NCBI GenBank assembly: GCA_951804945.1
Contig: OX638149.1
Span: 135,966,001 to 136,030,000 of the forward strand
Length of the DNA: 64,000 nucleotides
DNA from: Podarcis cretensis
Taxonomy: Eukaryota
Direction of reading: 5' to 3'
The position numbers and the translations under genes are program-made. A model generated the notes under the pieces. That model saw nothing but the letters and a program-made list of their open reading frames with translations, searched no databases and was not told the origin of the DNA. Numbering within the stretch: position 1 is the first letter of the stretch; each line of letters opens with the position of its first letter. Below, in pieces: positions 50,855-62,803 of this stretch.

Positions 50855-51143
50855 GTAAAGCTACTCAAGGATCAGACACAGTCAACGGGTTGCTTATGTC
50901 CTTTAGAAGGAAACCGCTATGGCTGCCACCCCACAGCTCGCAAGAGCTGCTCTGCCAATGGAGAGTAAAGCCTGCCAACAGGCTTGTCCCACCAAAAGAC
51001 CCCTTGGTTCACCTGCCCAAAGCTCTGATGGGTGCTGGTGGACTGCTGGCATCCTTCCCCATGTGGCCATGTGGACCAAGACATGGCATTCTGGGATTCT
51101 ATGGGGGGCATGTGATAGGAACCCAAGACCTGCAAGATCCTAA

Positions 51144-51468
51144 AGGTAAAGGGACCCCTGACCATTAGGTCCAGTTGTGGCCGACTCTGGGGTTGCGGCG
51201 CTCATCTCGCTTTATTGGCCAAGGGAGCCGGCATACAGCTTCTGGGTCATGTGGCCAGCATGACTAAGCCGCTTCTGGCGAACCAGAGCAGCGCACGGAA
51301 ATGCCGTTTGCCTTCCCACCGAAGCGGTACCTATTTATCTACTTGCACTTTGATGTGCTTTCGAACTGCTAGGTTGGCAGGAGCAGGGACCGAGCAACGG
51401 GAGCTCACCCCGTCACGGGGATTCGAACTGCCAACCTTCTGATTGGCAAGTCCTAGGCTCTGTGGTTT
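51144..51468 (-). mobile_element. Sauria SINE flanked by a 66-bp duplication
   Basis: SINE body; direct repeats at 51078-51143 and 51469-51534. Confidence 0.92.
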
Positions 51469-51765
51469 AAGACATGGCATTCTGGGATTCTAAGGGGGGC
51501 ATGTAAAAGGAACCCAAGACCTGCAAGATCCTAAGTTCCCTCAAAACACCCCAAACAAGCCAGACACATCCCATAGTAGCTAATTCCCTCCTGTTTCAGA
51601 CAAAGGGGGAGAGAGAGAAATTGAAAGCCCCTCCCCACCCCCCAGGGCTACATCTTGCCCGAGCCAGTGGATATCAAGAGGGTGCATCTTTCCCAAGGAG
51701 AATGAAATGTCTATAGAGTTCTCTCTACGGTTCACAGTCTCTCACTTCTTTGTTTTTGCATGTGA

Positions 51766-51894
<129 letters not shown>

Positions 51895-52024
51895 TGAGCA
51901 TGCTGCGTAAAGTAATATGGCAGCTAACACACAAGTAACAAATAAAAAATGCCTTTTGATTACCATTATTTATTTTATATCGCCTTTACCTCACATGTGC
52001 CCCACTTGGCAGACTTTCCTTCCT

Positions 52025-52155
52025 TGCAGGTTTCTAAGCAGAGGTTGGGTGGCCATCTGGCATGGATGATTTAACTGAGATTCCTGCGTTGCAAAGGGTT
52101 GGACTAGATGACCCTTGGGGTCCCCTCCAACTCTTAAGATTCTGTGATTCTGTAT
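52025..52155 (+). mobile_element. CR1 3' end fragment
   Basis: ggttggactagatgacc...ccaactc...attctgtgattctg tail. Confidence 0.8.
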
Positions 52156-52712
52156 GACCACTTTGATCGGCAGAACTGGCACTACTACACGTGTCACATA
52201 ATACTTATTTTGCAGATGTAAGAAATTGATTGTTTAGTGTGGCAACACCTGCACTTTGGTTTTGGCCCTTGCTAAAAACATTCTTGTTTAGACAGGTCAA
52301 CCCAGACGCTTAGAAACGCTGAGGCGAATTTTAATCTGTTTTAGTATTTTAACCGAAAAACAGGGTTTGTGAATTTTTCTTGAATCTGTTGTTTTAGCTT
52401 TTTGTAAACCCCTTTGAGGGGTTTTTGTTTTGGGTTTTTTTACAATCAAGCGGTGTATAAATTTTATGAAATAAACAAATGGAGGAAGACCTGTAGATCC
52501 TATTTTAATTTGCATCTGAATGCATTCCTGGAGCTGACAGGGAGGTTCCCACGCAGGTGGGCATCAGGGAGGGAAGAGGCAGTTGCCTCTCTGTCAAAAG
52601 GTGGGCTGGCCTTTTATCTGGCGTCACAGAGCCCATTGCTTTCCATGTGCAGATGTCCCCACAAGCCAGAGCTTTCAGAAAAGAAGCAGCTCACCTTTGC
52701 CTTTCTTCCTAG

Positions 52713-52775
52713 GGCCCTGATGGTTATCCTGGAGGTGCTGGAGATCAAGGGTTGCCTGGGGACCAAGGGATCAAG
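52713..52775 (+). CDS. COL6A2: COL6A2 exon 12, GPDGYPGGAGDQGLPGDQGIK
   Basis: 63 bp, tag| and |gtctgt. Confidence 0.94.
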
Positions 52776-52784
52776 GTCTGTACC

Positions 52785-53116
52785 TGAAATATACTCAGGA
52801 GTGGATTTCATGCTCTTTATTCAGCTCATAGTGGTGAGGAGGAATCCAAGTTCCCCCAGAATGTCTGCTTTATATACATTATTTACACAATGGGCCCCAC
52901 GTGATTGGCTAATTCCGGGATTCTCCTGTAGGCCAATCAGGTTGCAGATTCACTTCCACCTGGAGCTGGATTGGGTGGTTCCTGTGGACCAATCAGACTG
53001 CTGCATTCTGGGTCCTACTGTTCTAGGACCAATCAGACTGCTGTATTCTGAATCCTATTGTTCTAGGACCAATCAGACTGCTGCCTTTTGGATCCTATTC
53101 AACTCAGTACATAACA
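52785..53116 (-). mobile_element. solo LTR, 332 bp, antisense in COL6A2 intron 12
   Basis: TG...CA ends, perfect 5-bp TSD gtacc, tandem CCAAT repeats, minus-strand TATATAAAG and AATAAA. Confidence 0.88.
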
Positions 53117-55021
53117 GTACCCTTCCTCAAAGTCACTCAAGGCAGCAGTGACACATAATCACTGAGAATAAGCTGAAGATGTTGGAAGACAGGCAGCCCC
53201 TTGTGCCGCAGTGTCCAAAAGTGCACCCAATATGCAGCCAGGGCAATCGTGCTGTGCTATGAATATTTGGCCACCCCATCACAAAAGGACATGGGAAAAG
53301 GGGCAGAAAGGGGCAATCAAAATGTTGGGCGGAAGGGTTGGTTAGGAGCTCCTTCCTCACAAGGAAAAGCTTGTGTCTGGGTTTCTTTAGTTTTGGGGGA
53401 AGGTGGCCTTGGGGTTGTGGGTGGGGAGACATGATAAAGACTTAGACATTGGTGGTGGGTAAAGAGGGGTTCCCCCCTCCCTCTTTAAACAGTACAACTC
53501 TGGGTCAGCCAGTTTGAAAAAGGCACTATTTCACATAACCCGTGGATGTGGTGATGACCATGGTCTTAGGTGGCTCTAAAGGGGGGTTTGAAAACCCCAC
53601 TCCCTCGGGGAAGAGGTTTGTCAGTGGCTACCAGCCATGATAGTTGTGTGAAGCTTCTGCATTCAGGGGTGCCAGTCATGGCAAGCACACAGCAGAGGAG
53701 ATCTTCTCTGCAACAGCTCTTTAGCCAAGAGCTGGATTAGGCAGATGAGCTTCGGCCTAATCGGTGGAACTCTTCTTCTTTTATTGAATCCTGGCTTTTT
53801 GGAACGGACACAGCTTTTGTAAAAAAATAAAATAAAATAGTGCCATTACAAAGCGTTTTGGCATTTCTGTGCAGAATGTAAATGCTCAACAAAGGCTGCA
53901 TTGATAAGTCTTATAACTGGTTGAAATTCATGCATTTGACTTCCAATTCTGATTTTGAATTGAAAATCCTGTTCTGTTACAGAATTGCTATCATTACTGC
54001 CAGTCTCTAAGTGTCACTGAGGACTAGAGCAGGCTCCGGGGCATTCAGGCAGTGTTTCATGTGTGTGTGTGTGCCCAAACACACACACTGTTTTACACAA
54101 AAGAACAGAAACTCTGTAGGGGGAAACATACTGGTACAAAAGTACCAATGTTTTCTCCCTCAAGGCAAAACAAAAAAAGCAGAGGAAGCAGAGGAGTCAT
54201 TGAGAAAATGTTGCAGGGAGAAAGTGTTTTTCAAAACAGCCAGGAAGGGGGGTGGTCCGCCTTGGGTGCCATCTCTGAGGGGGGGTGACTAGAAGGCACC
54301 AGCGGGAGGCTCACCCTGCTGCTCCCGGGTGCAGTGACGCGAGCCACCTCCATCGTGCCGCTGCAGCCACGTGTGGCGGATCCCACTGCTGCAGAGGATC
54401 TCGACACTGTCGAGTGGCGCCATCGGCAAACCTCCTGGCGGCGCATGTGTGGTGGCACAGGGCGGTTTGCCCTGCCCCTCAACACCCCGCACTGGGTGCT
54501 GGTTAGTCTTCCTTCGCCCCTGAAAACAGCTCCATGGTGTTCCTGATTCAACTCCTACCCCCCCCCATCTAAAATGTCAAAATGAAACAAAAACCACACA
54601 CACAGCATAAAGGTGTGGTTTGGCCCTCAGAAGAAAATGACTCAGAAGTAGATGGTGTTGTGGGCAGATCAGCATAACAGCATTTAAATTTCTACAAATG
54701 GATTGGAAGGCTTTATTAAAAATTGCCCAGGTATTTATTGTGGCTGTTTGGTGTGTTTCTAACATTTATGCATAATTCTTGAACCCATAAGAATGGAGCT
54801 GTGTAAAATATCAGCTATTTAATGTCAATTGTCAAATACCAAACACTGAATATAAAGTAGCTGCCATCTATTTTGCACCAGAATTCCCCCAAAAATGGTT
54901 TGGGGAAAATTTCAGACTGCTTATACTGCTGCACATACAATTCAGTTTTGATCTACGTGGATGTAGAGCTGGTGTGACCATTTCTTACTACTTCTGTTTC
55001 TGCTTACTCCTTCTGTATCAG

Positions 55022-55084
55022 GGTGATCCTGGACGTCCTGGTCGCAGCGGACCGCCTGGGTTGGCTGGAGAGAAAGGAAATCGG
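55022..55084 (+). CDS. COL6A2: COL6A2 exon 13, GDPGRPGRSGPPGLAGEKGNR
   Basis: 63 bp, canonical sites. Confidence 0.95.
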
Positions 55085-55749
55085 GTATGTACCCCTCAAA
55101 TTTTAGACATGCTCTCGGGGGCAGATCTACTATGAAACTAAAGTAGCTTAAACTCCTGGAGGGGCCCCAGAAGCAATTTTAGTCCACACTGCTAGTAGAC
55201 TCAATTTGAGCCACATGACTTAAATTGATTGCTTTTTTGTTGTATGTATTTCAACAATCCCAAAGTTTGAGAGTCAGTAGCACAGATGTTGTAAAGGTGT
55301 CGTGATCTGTTGTGGAAAAACCCACCAGTGGTGATCCCGTTGAAGAAGGTAACAGGGGTTACCCAGACCTCATTGCTGGTTGTGAAGAGACCGCCATAAC
55401 AATTCAAGCTTCAGGGCCCCCCAAAATGTAGGTCCACCACTGCATGTTATAAAACTGCTAGATCTCTTTGAAGTTCTGGGCCACAGTCAGAAGTTATCCT
55501 GTTGTTATCATAGTTGTCAGAACAAGAAATGAGAAAATTGGCAGCATTGCATTAAACTCTCCATGCAGTGGTCTGATTCTGTTCCATTTATAGCAACTGC
55601 AATATGCTAGGCGTTGAATAAGCTGAACTTGGCTAGTTCCCCACACACACACACACACACACACATGAACACATTTAAAAAGACATCAAATGTTAATCAG
55701 CCCAAGGCCTGGAAGAACACTTTTGCTTGGAACCTAAAATGTATAATGA

Positions 55750-55998
55750 AGAAGAAGAAGAGTTTGGATTTGATATCCCGCCTTTCACTCCCTTTAAGGA
55801 GTCTCAAAGCGGCTAACATTCTCCTTTCCCTTCCTCCCCCACAACAAACACTCTGTGAGGTGAGTGGGGCTGAGAGACTTCAGAGAAGTGTGACTGGCCC
55901 AAGGTCACCCAGCAGCTGCATGTGGAGGAGCGGAGATGCGAACCCGGTTCCCCAGATTACGAGACTACCGCTCTTAACCACTACACCACACTGGCTCA
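55750..55998 (-). mobile_element. tRNA-derived SINE with L2-type tail (Squam3-like)
   Basis: reverse head gagccagtgtggtgtagtggttaagagcg, CORE-like tgaccttgggc, gccgctttgagactcc tail with (CTT)n. Confidence 0.8.
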
Positions 55999-55999
55999 C

Positions 56000-56710
56000 A
56001 TCAAACTAACTTGATGAAGGCATCAAACTAACTTTCCTGGGGACAGCATTCCACAGATGGGGAGCCATGGCAGAAAAGGGCCCATCCTCATGTTGCCACC
56101 CTCCGGACTTCTTGTGGCACACAAGGAAGGTCCTCAGAGGATGATCCCAGAGTCCAGGTCAGATTATATGGGGAGAGGCAGTCCTTGAGGTATTGTGGTC
56201 CCAAGTCATTGAAGGCTTTATAGGTCAAAACCAGCACTTTGAATTGGGCCTGGAAACTAGTTGGCAGTCAATGCAGTTTCACCAGGATCAGTGTATGATG
56301 CTCAAACTGTCTTGTCCTAGTGAGCAGACTGGTGTCCAAATTCCGCACCAGTTGAGGTTTCCAAAGGATCTTCATAGGCAGCCATACATATAACATATTG
56401 CAGTAATCTAACCTTGAGGTTATCAGAGGATAGGCAGCAGTAGTCAGGCTATTCCTGTCCAGATAGGGGTGTAGCTAGACCACCAGCTGAAGCTGATGGA
56501 AGGCACTCCAGGCCACTGAGGCCACCTGAGCCTCAAGTGACAACAAAGGATCCAGGAGGACCCCCCAAGCTGTGCACCCACTCTTTCAGAGTGGTAACAG
56601 CAATGCAAGAAGCACGTCCACTGCTGACAGAGGTCATCAATGTACAGTGTGACCAGAGCAGTTTCTGTGCCAAAACTGGGCCTAAGATTAAGATGGATCT
56701 CACCATCCTG
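56000..56710 (-). mobile_element. old L2 fragment
   Basis: FGTETALV remnant and degraded L2 3' region. Confidence 0.65.
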
Positions 56711-56836
56711 CATAAGATGTGACTCTTTGTACTGTCTGTGCCCCATTATACATAGGCTGTGCTCTGACACTGCCCTTCCTTGCCCTTCCCTTCTCCCCAA
56801 AGGTCTTTTGATGCTGTTTCCGTTTATTTTTCAAAG

Positions 56837-56926
56837 GGACCAAAAGGCACCAATGGATCTCCTGGCACTCCTGGGACAAAGGGAGCCAAAGGTGGCCCTG
56901 GAACTATTGGACCCAAAGGAGAACCT
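56837..56926 (+). CDS. COL6A2: COL6A2 exon 14, [30 protein letters not shown]
   Basis: 90 bp, aag| and |gtaaga. Confidence 0.94.
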
Positions 56927-56933
56927 GTAAGAT

Positions 56934-57065
56934 NNNNNNNNNNNNNNNNNNNNNNNNNNNNNNNNNNNNNNNNNNNNNNNNNNNNNNNNNNNNNNNNNNN
57001 NNNNNNNNNNNNNNNNNNNNNNNNNNNNNNNNNNNNNNNNNNNNNNNNNNNNNNNNNNNNNNNNN
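56934..57065. other. assembly gap (132 N)
   Basis: run of N starting 7 nt after the exon 14 boundary. Confidence 0.99.
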
Positions 57066-57454
57066 TCCATACAGGCAAGTATTCTAGGCTGCTACTGCTT
57101 GACTACACTCATAAATGCATCACCAAGATACAGATTTCAGTGACATCGGTTCCTACTCCTTCTTCCAGAGCAATATTAAAACTGGATTTGTTCACAATCA
57201 GTGACTGAGATTCATGCCAGATCTGTGCATTCCAGTATGCAAGCAACCAAATGCCATCCAATAAGAAGTTGGAAATGTGCTGACATTTAATTTGATTGTG
57301 CTTTTAACAGAGGGCATGATCCAGCCCACATAAAGCACTTTTAAGATGCTTTGGTTTCAGTTGGAGAGTTAAATTTAACCTGAAATTTCTCTCATTGAAA
57401 TAATTGCGCTTTAGAAAGAGCTTAACTTTGGTTGGACCAGACACAAATCTAGTA

Positions 57455-57803
57455 CAGTGGTGCCCCGCAAGACGAATGCCTCGCAAGACGGAAAACTCGC
57501 TAGACGAAAGAGTTTTCCGTTTTGGAGGTGCTTCGCAAAACGAATTTCCTATGGGCTTGCTTCGCAAGACGAAAATGTCTTGCGAGTTCCTGCGGGGTTT
57601 TTTTCCTTTCCCCCCCCCCTTTTTCTAAGCCGCTAAGCCGCTTATCCGCTAAGCCGATAAGCCACTAAAAGCCGCTAGAAGCGGCTAAACCGCTAATAGC
57701 GCTAATCCGCTAAGCCGTCAATGGGCTTGCTTTGCAAGACGAAAAAACCACTAGACAAAGAGACTCGCGGAACGGATTCTTTTCGTCTTGCGAGGCATCA
57801 CTG
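57455..57803. mobile_element. Tc1/mariner MITE with internal (GCCGCTAA)n array
   Basis: TIR cagtggtgccccgcaagacgaa / ttcgtcttgcgaggcatcactg; TA TSD. Confidence 0.88.
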
Positions 57804-58574
57804 TATAGGAATTTATGTCTCCCTTTCCCACAAACCCCACACCCCACTTAATGGGATTATATTCACAATATTGAAAGCACTGTTTTTTGCTTTTACTTTC
57901 ACCCACTCTTTATCTTTCCTGCAGTAAGTGTCAATCCACACGTTGCACAGAATTATGTCCTTCAGGTTTGCTTTACTCTTTTAAATTAGCAGTGGGGGAG
58001 CAGAAGGAGAGAGGAGAAGCCGAGAAAGGCTACTCTGCTACTTGGTCCTTTTACAGCTCAAAGTCCTCCTCTCTAAGCCTATTTTTCACCTATGTATGGG
58101 AAGAAAGATACTGAGTCCCCATAGCACACCCTGTGGATGAAAAGGCAGCTTGGGAAGGACGGTTTTAAGCTAGAAAAGTAACAGAGGAGAAGTTACGCCG
58201 CCTTTCCCCACCTGAGCACGCTTGGAGTAGCCCCCCGGACTTGATTTGCAATTAGCTTGAAGAAGTGAACTATCTTGCCAGGTGACTCGAAAAATAGTTC
58301 AATTTCTCTGGGCCCATTTCAGGAACCTTTTTGCATCCCTAATGACATCTAGGGTGCAAGGTGGGTCTGAATGCTACGGACGCTGCCCCGTAAGAGCATT
58401 GCATGAAAGGGGGCGTCATGGGAGAAGTGGGCCCCTCTTTCTACAGAGGTTGGAGCCCATCCTTCAGACACGCCTAGTTCTTTCAACTCAAATAAGGCAC
58501 AATGGATGTGCTTGAAGAGCATTTGCTCAAGATCATTTTCTTTTGTTTGCTTTCAATGTTTCTTTTTTTTTAAG

Positions 58575-58637
58575 GGCCGTCGTGGTGATCCTGGAACCAA
58601 GGGGGGACCTGGAGGTGCTGGACCCCCAGGCGGGAGA
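58575..58637 (+). CDS. COL6A2: COL6A2 exon 15, GRRGDPGTKGGPGGAGPPGGR
   Basis: 63 bp, canonical sites. Confidence 0.95.
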
Positions 58638-58822
58638 GTAAGTTCATCAGGTTTCCAAAGTAATGGAAGGAAATCCACCCCTAATTAACTGGGGGGGGGG
58701 AGGAGAGAGAGAGAGAGAGAGAGAGGGAGGGAGGGAGGGAGATATTCTTTATTAATTTTGATTCTAGTCATAATGATTGCAAAATAAGCCTGCAAAACAA
58801 CAAAAGCACATTTGTTGTTTTT

Positions 58823-58892
58823 CACAGAATCATAGAAATGTGGAGTTGGAAGGGACCCAAGGGTCATCTAGTCCAACACCCTGAAATGCAAG
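58823..58892 (-). mobile_element. CR1-type 3' tail fragment
   Basis: agaatcatagaa...gagttggaagggacc...tcatctagtccaac. Confidence 0.7.
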
Positions 58893-59495
58893 GTTGTTGT
58901 TGCTTAATTTTTAAAACCAAGCTCTTGCACAAGACTGACTAACCCCTACTGTATCTGCTATGTGATTAGCCTCCAAGAAGTCATCCCCCACATGCACTGT
59001 CTTGTGAGGTCTTGAGAGAGCCACTCCTCTGAATTGGGTTGCCTAAGTTCAGATCTGCTTTCTTAAGATGGAGAGAGAGACACTCCATTGGTTGCCCTCC
59101 TAGGAGGAGCACATGGCCACCCACTGAAACAGCACGCAGGTGACAAACCACCCATCCAAAGAAAAGAATGCCAATGAGCATTGGCTTGCAGGTCCATAGC
59201 AGGCTATCTGATTTTCTGTGGGTAAATCCAGATTAAATGAAGAAAAACTCCAGGCTGGCATTTTGAGGAAATCATTGGTGGTGTGGATGATGCAAACAAA
59301 CTTGTATGCATAAGTAGCACTCATTCCGTAGCAGATTCCACCTAAAAGCACCTCAAGCAGCAGAGAGCTGGTGGTTGTAGCTATAGCTATGGCTGCAGCT
59401 TCTGTGAGACTTCTTGTCACCAGAGAAGGTCTAGGAACTTGCTAAACTTGGACTGAACAGATTGGCTCTCTAACGCCTTGTTTCTTCTTTCACAG

Positions 59496-59558
59496 GGAGA
59501 CCCTGGTTCTGAGGGCCAGAGAGGGCTACCAGGAGAAGTTGGAAACAAGGGAGGCAGG
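59496..59558 (+). CDS. COL6A2: COL6A2 exon 16, GDPGSEGQRGLPGEVGNKGGR
   Basis: 63 bp, canonical sites. Confidence 0.95.
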
Positions 59559-59959
59559 GTATGAAAGAATGACAAAATGGCAGAACATTTTCCCTCCATG
59601 CACAGAAGGCAGCAGGGGCTCCCCAAGCAGTTTATTTGAAAGCAGATTTGAAGATACTTGTCCATCAAGGACTTCGCCACCAGTGTATGTTCACACTGAT
59701 GAGATTGGAGTGCCATGTTTGAATCTGGCAAAATGGGGCTCAAAATGATGTTGAGTGTTGAGCACATCTTATTGGGGGGGGGAGGGGACGCCCTCTGCTC
59801 CACTCCTGAGGACAGAAACAAGAAAACAGTGGGGGAGGGAAAGAGTTGCCTCATCTCAGCTGCCAACTGTTAACTAATTAGATATTTCTTCCCTTGAACA
59901 GTCTGAAATGTTTACTTCATGCAAGGTCTGACTCTCCCTCTCATTTCTGTGTTTCACAG

Positions 59960-60022
59960 GGAGAGCGAGGATTGCCTGGCCCACGAGGAACTCAAGGTGG
60001 TGTGGGAGAACCAGGGAAGCCC
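59960..60022 (+). CDS. COL6A2: COL6A2 exon 17, GERGLPGPRGTQGGVGEPGKP
   Basis: 63 bp, canonical sites. Confidence 0.95.
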
Positions 60023-60714
60023 GTAAGTTTCATTCACATGCCTCTTCCACCTGTGGGCATTGGCTTGCTCTCCATGCAGCTGGCAAGAGAAGCCCCGTCT
60101 GCCATCCGCCCCCAGCAGACATCCTTTTCGTTGTGCATTCGTGACGATTTGTGCTCATGGCGGTATTGGGGAGGTGATACACAATCTTACTTTCAGTACT
60201 GTTTGAGCCTTCATCATTTCCGATCAGTGCGTGTCCCATAACCTCCTGCTGAGATCCCGTAACTCCTTGTATCACAGATGTTCTACCTTATTTTTTGTCC
60301 TGCTTTCCTTGTGCTCCATAGTGCAGGAGTTCCCTGCCAAATGACAATAAAGCAGAAACACTGGGAAGCTTCACAGAAGAACTGATAAAGTAGAATGGAG
60401 TGCAGACAATCTAGTATAAATCTTCCATTGATGGACTATTATAGCATCAATGACATACCTGCAAAAAAATCCAGTCTGCGGAGGCTTTAGGAATATTTTG
60501 TCTCAGCTTTACTGAGGTCACAGATTAATTCCATGTCAATCAGGATTTAATATCAGAAACATTGCCCCCCCATTTGTGTGTGAGCAAAAAGAGTTTCCTC
60601 TGAGACTTTCCTCCTGTCATACGGAATCATTGTCATTTTGAAAATCACAACTGTAGTAGCATCTCTGCCCCTCGTACAGATCAACAGCAGCACCCCTCCC
60701 CAAATCACCATAAG

Positions 60715-60961
60715 TGTTAAGTTGTGGGTGAACATATTAGATGACACAGCGATTCTTCAAACAGCTCTTGTTTATTCACAGGCCAGGACAGAACTGAACT
60801 GAAGGGTTCAGTCAGCCTACTTATATAGAGCTCCAGTACAACGTAACTGTAGCAACTTTCTAAAACTATCCAATCACTGAATGACACTTTCGATCCCTTA
60901 TTTGCATAACTATCTACAGTATCCCCCTGCTGGCCCAGGGTGAGAACTTCAGTACATAACA
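60715..60961 (-). mobile_element. solo LTR, 247 bp, antisense in COL6A2 intron 17
   Basis: tgtta...taaca ends; minus strand has octamer ATGCAAAT, ATTGG, TATATAAG and AATAAA; same TGTTATGTACTGA terminus as the 52785 LTR; no TSD seen. Confidence 0.8.
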
Positions 60962-60989
60962 CCGTGCTTTATGCAACACTCTTTTGCAG

Positions 60990-61052
60990 GGCTCACGAGG
61001 GGATCCCGGTGATTCTGGTGTCAGGGGCGACCCCGGGGTGCCAGGTCCAAAG
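60990..61052 (+). CDS. COL6A2: COL6A2 exon 18, GSRGDPGDSGVRGDPGVPGPK
   Basis: 63 bp, canonical sites. Confidence 0.95.
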
Positions 61053-61455
61053 GTAAGCCATAGGTGTAACCTTGATCAACAGGATTGTGTTTACATTTGA
61101 TATTGTAGCTTTGATCTGACCCCGCAGGCCTCATCACTGGCCTCTTTTAATGCTGGTAATTTTCTAGCCACAGAAAGTCTCTTTCTCCTTAAGCAGTCCA
61201 AGTTCCAGATTTTTTGTATCTGTAATTCAATGTATTAAAGGTCTTGTTGCCATTATTGTTGGAGGTATTCTTGCTGACTAAATTAGGAACTTGAGTTCTG
61301 CTGTGGCTCAGTGTGCATGTCAATGCACATCTGCTTGCCAGACCTTTTAACCCCAAGACATAACAAACTGTAATCCAAAGGAAGGGAGATGTGGCCATTT
61401 CTGCAAATATAGAATCTTTGAAGAATCATTCTCTCTTTTTAAAACAACGTTCTAG

Positions 61456-61506
61456 GGTGACAGAGGAAGACCTGGCTTTAACTATCCCGGTCCAAGAGGA
61501 GCTGCG
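61456..61506 (+). CDS. COL6A2: COL6A2 exon 19, GDRGRPGFNYPGPRGAA
   Basis: 51 bp; contains the conserved GFxYPG interruption. Confidence 0.95.
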
Positions 61507-61932
61507 GTATGTTTTGTTCACGTAAAGTATTCACACATTGAAATGCCTCAGTTGGAAAGGAGGCTTCAAAAATTGCTATAGAAATTCTTCGTCTCCAGCC
61601 TCCTTCGGCTCTGGCAACAAGCCATTTGGGGCCGCGAGTTTAATGCTGCCATTTTCTAGACTTACTGAATGTTATTAAAATAGGATTTAATTTTTAATAT
61701 CATTCCAGAGATATGAATGGGGATTGATGTTGTTATTTCGAACTGTTTTTAGGATTGGGCAAAATAAGGTGCTTGATATGGACAAATGAGCAAATAACTA
61801 ATAATTAAATTATTAAAAGTAAATATTATTTTCCTTATGTGTTTGGTGTACATCATCATTATGGTGAAAGCTACTCCAGAATCAGTTTGCTGTTTTAAGT
61901 GTCCTCTAGAAATAGGAATCTATTAAAAATAA

Positions 61933-61933
61933 A

Positions 61934-61993
<60 letters not shown>

Positions 61994-61996
61994 AAA
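61933..61996. repeat. (GAAA)n microsatellite
   Basis: directly visible. Confidence 0.95.
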
Positions 61997-62278
61997 TGGT
62001 GAAATCTGAATCAAAACCTAGTTCTGCTTTAGTTATATTACACATTATTTAAAGCATACAATAGGAAGAGGGTATTTTTCTGAGTCCATTAGATTATGCC
62101 AATGTACAGCAAAATATTGAAAAAGACATCTTTGCAAGAGATCACTATAGTTTCATTTTTCATTTTGAACCCCTTGACACATCTAAGAAATCTGGGAGCA
62201 AATCAGTCCTGATTTCCTTTTATTGGTGCTTTTTAATGCATATTCTAGATGTAAACCACCTAGAGGTTTTCTGTAGAG

Positions 62279-62413
62279 CAGGGTTTCCCAAACTTGGGTC
62301 TCCAGCTCTTTCTGGACTACAAATCCAGCATTCCTGACCGCTGGTCCTGCTAGCTAGGGATGATGGGAGTTGTAGTCCAAAAACAGCTAGAGACCCAAGT
62401 TTGGGAAACCCTG
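62279..62413. mobile_element. hAT-type MITE
   Basis: TIR cagggtttcccaaacttgggtct; TSD ctgtagag / ctgtacag. Confidence 0.88.
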
Positions 62414-62767
62414 CTGTACAGTAAGCAGTACATAAATTTTGTGAAATAAAATAAGTTAAGAAAATATGCCTTGTCCTTAGTGAGGGCGCTCCACACCACA
62501 CTCTCTCAGGAGAAGGATAGACCAGGTGGAGGAACCGGTCGTCCATTTCTGCCCAGTCCGGAATCAACTGAGGAAACTTCAAGAGGCTGCTAATCAGATG
62601 TTCTAAGAGCCCCTGCTTTCTGTTGGACCCACTGGAAAATTCCTATGCTCAGCAACTCTAGATGCCTAGTTGGCCACAACTGTCATTTACTTTAGAATTT
62701 GTCCATCCTTGCTATGTCTGGGTAAGCTCATGAAACTGAAAGCTGACTGGCTCTTCTCTGTTTCCAG

Positions 62768-62803
62768 GGTGAGAAAGGTGAGAAGGGGCTTCCAGGACCA
62801 GAG
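62768..62803 (+). CDS. COL6A2: COL6A2 exon 20, GEKGEKGLPGPE (gene continues beyond window)
   Basis: 36 bp, cag| and |gtatag. Confidence 0.93.

Noticed and set aside
52985-53090. Regularly spaced repeats resembling a CRISPR array
   Set aside because: The spacers are near-identical; these are tandem enhancer repeats within an LTR in vertebrate DNA, with no cas genes.
52414-53151. 245-aa ORF
   Set aside because: Crosses intron, collagen exon 12 (in the wrong frame) and the LTR tandem repeats; chance open frame.
54290-54530. Small CpG-enriched patch as an alternative promoter or exon
   Set aside because: Too short, no convincing splice-site pair or Gly-X-Y frame; probably an unrecognised repeat.
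56934-57065. Possible missing exon in the N gap
   Set aside because: Exons 14 and 15 join in frame and follow the expected alpha2(VI) order (GEP|GRRGDP). The gap content itself cannot be assessed.
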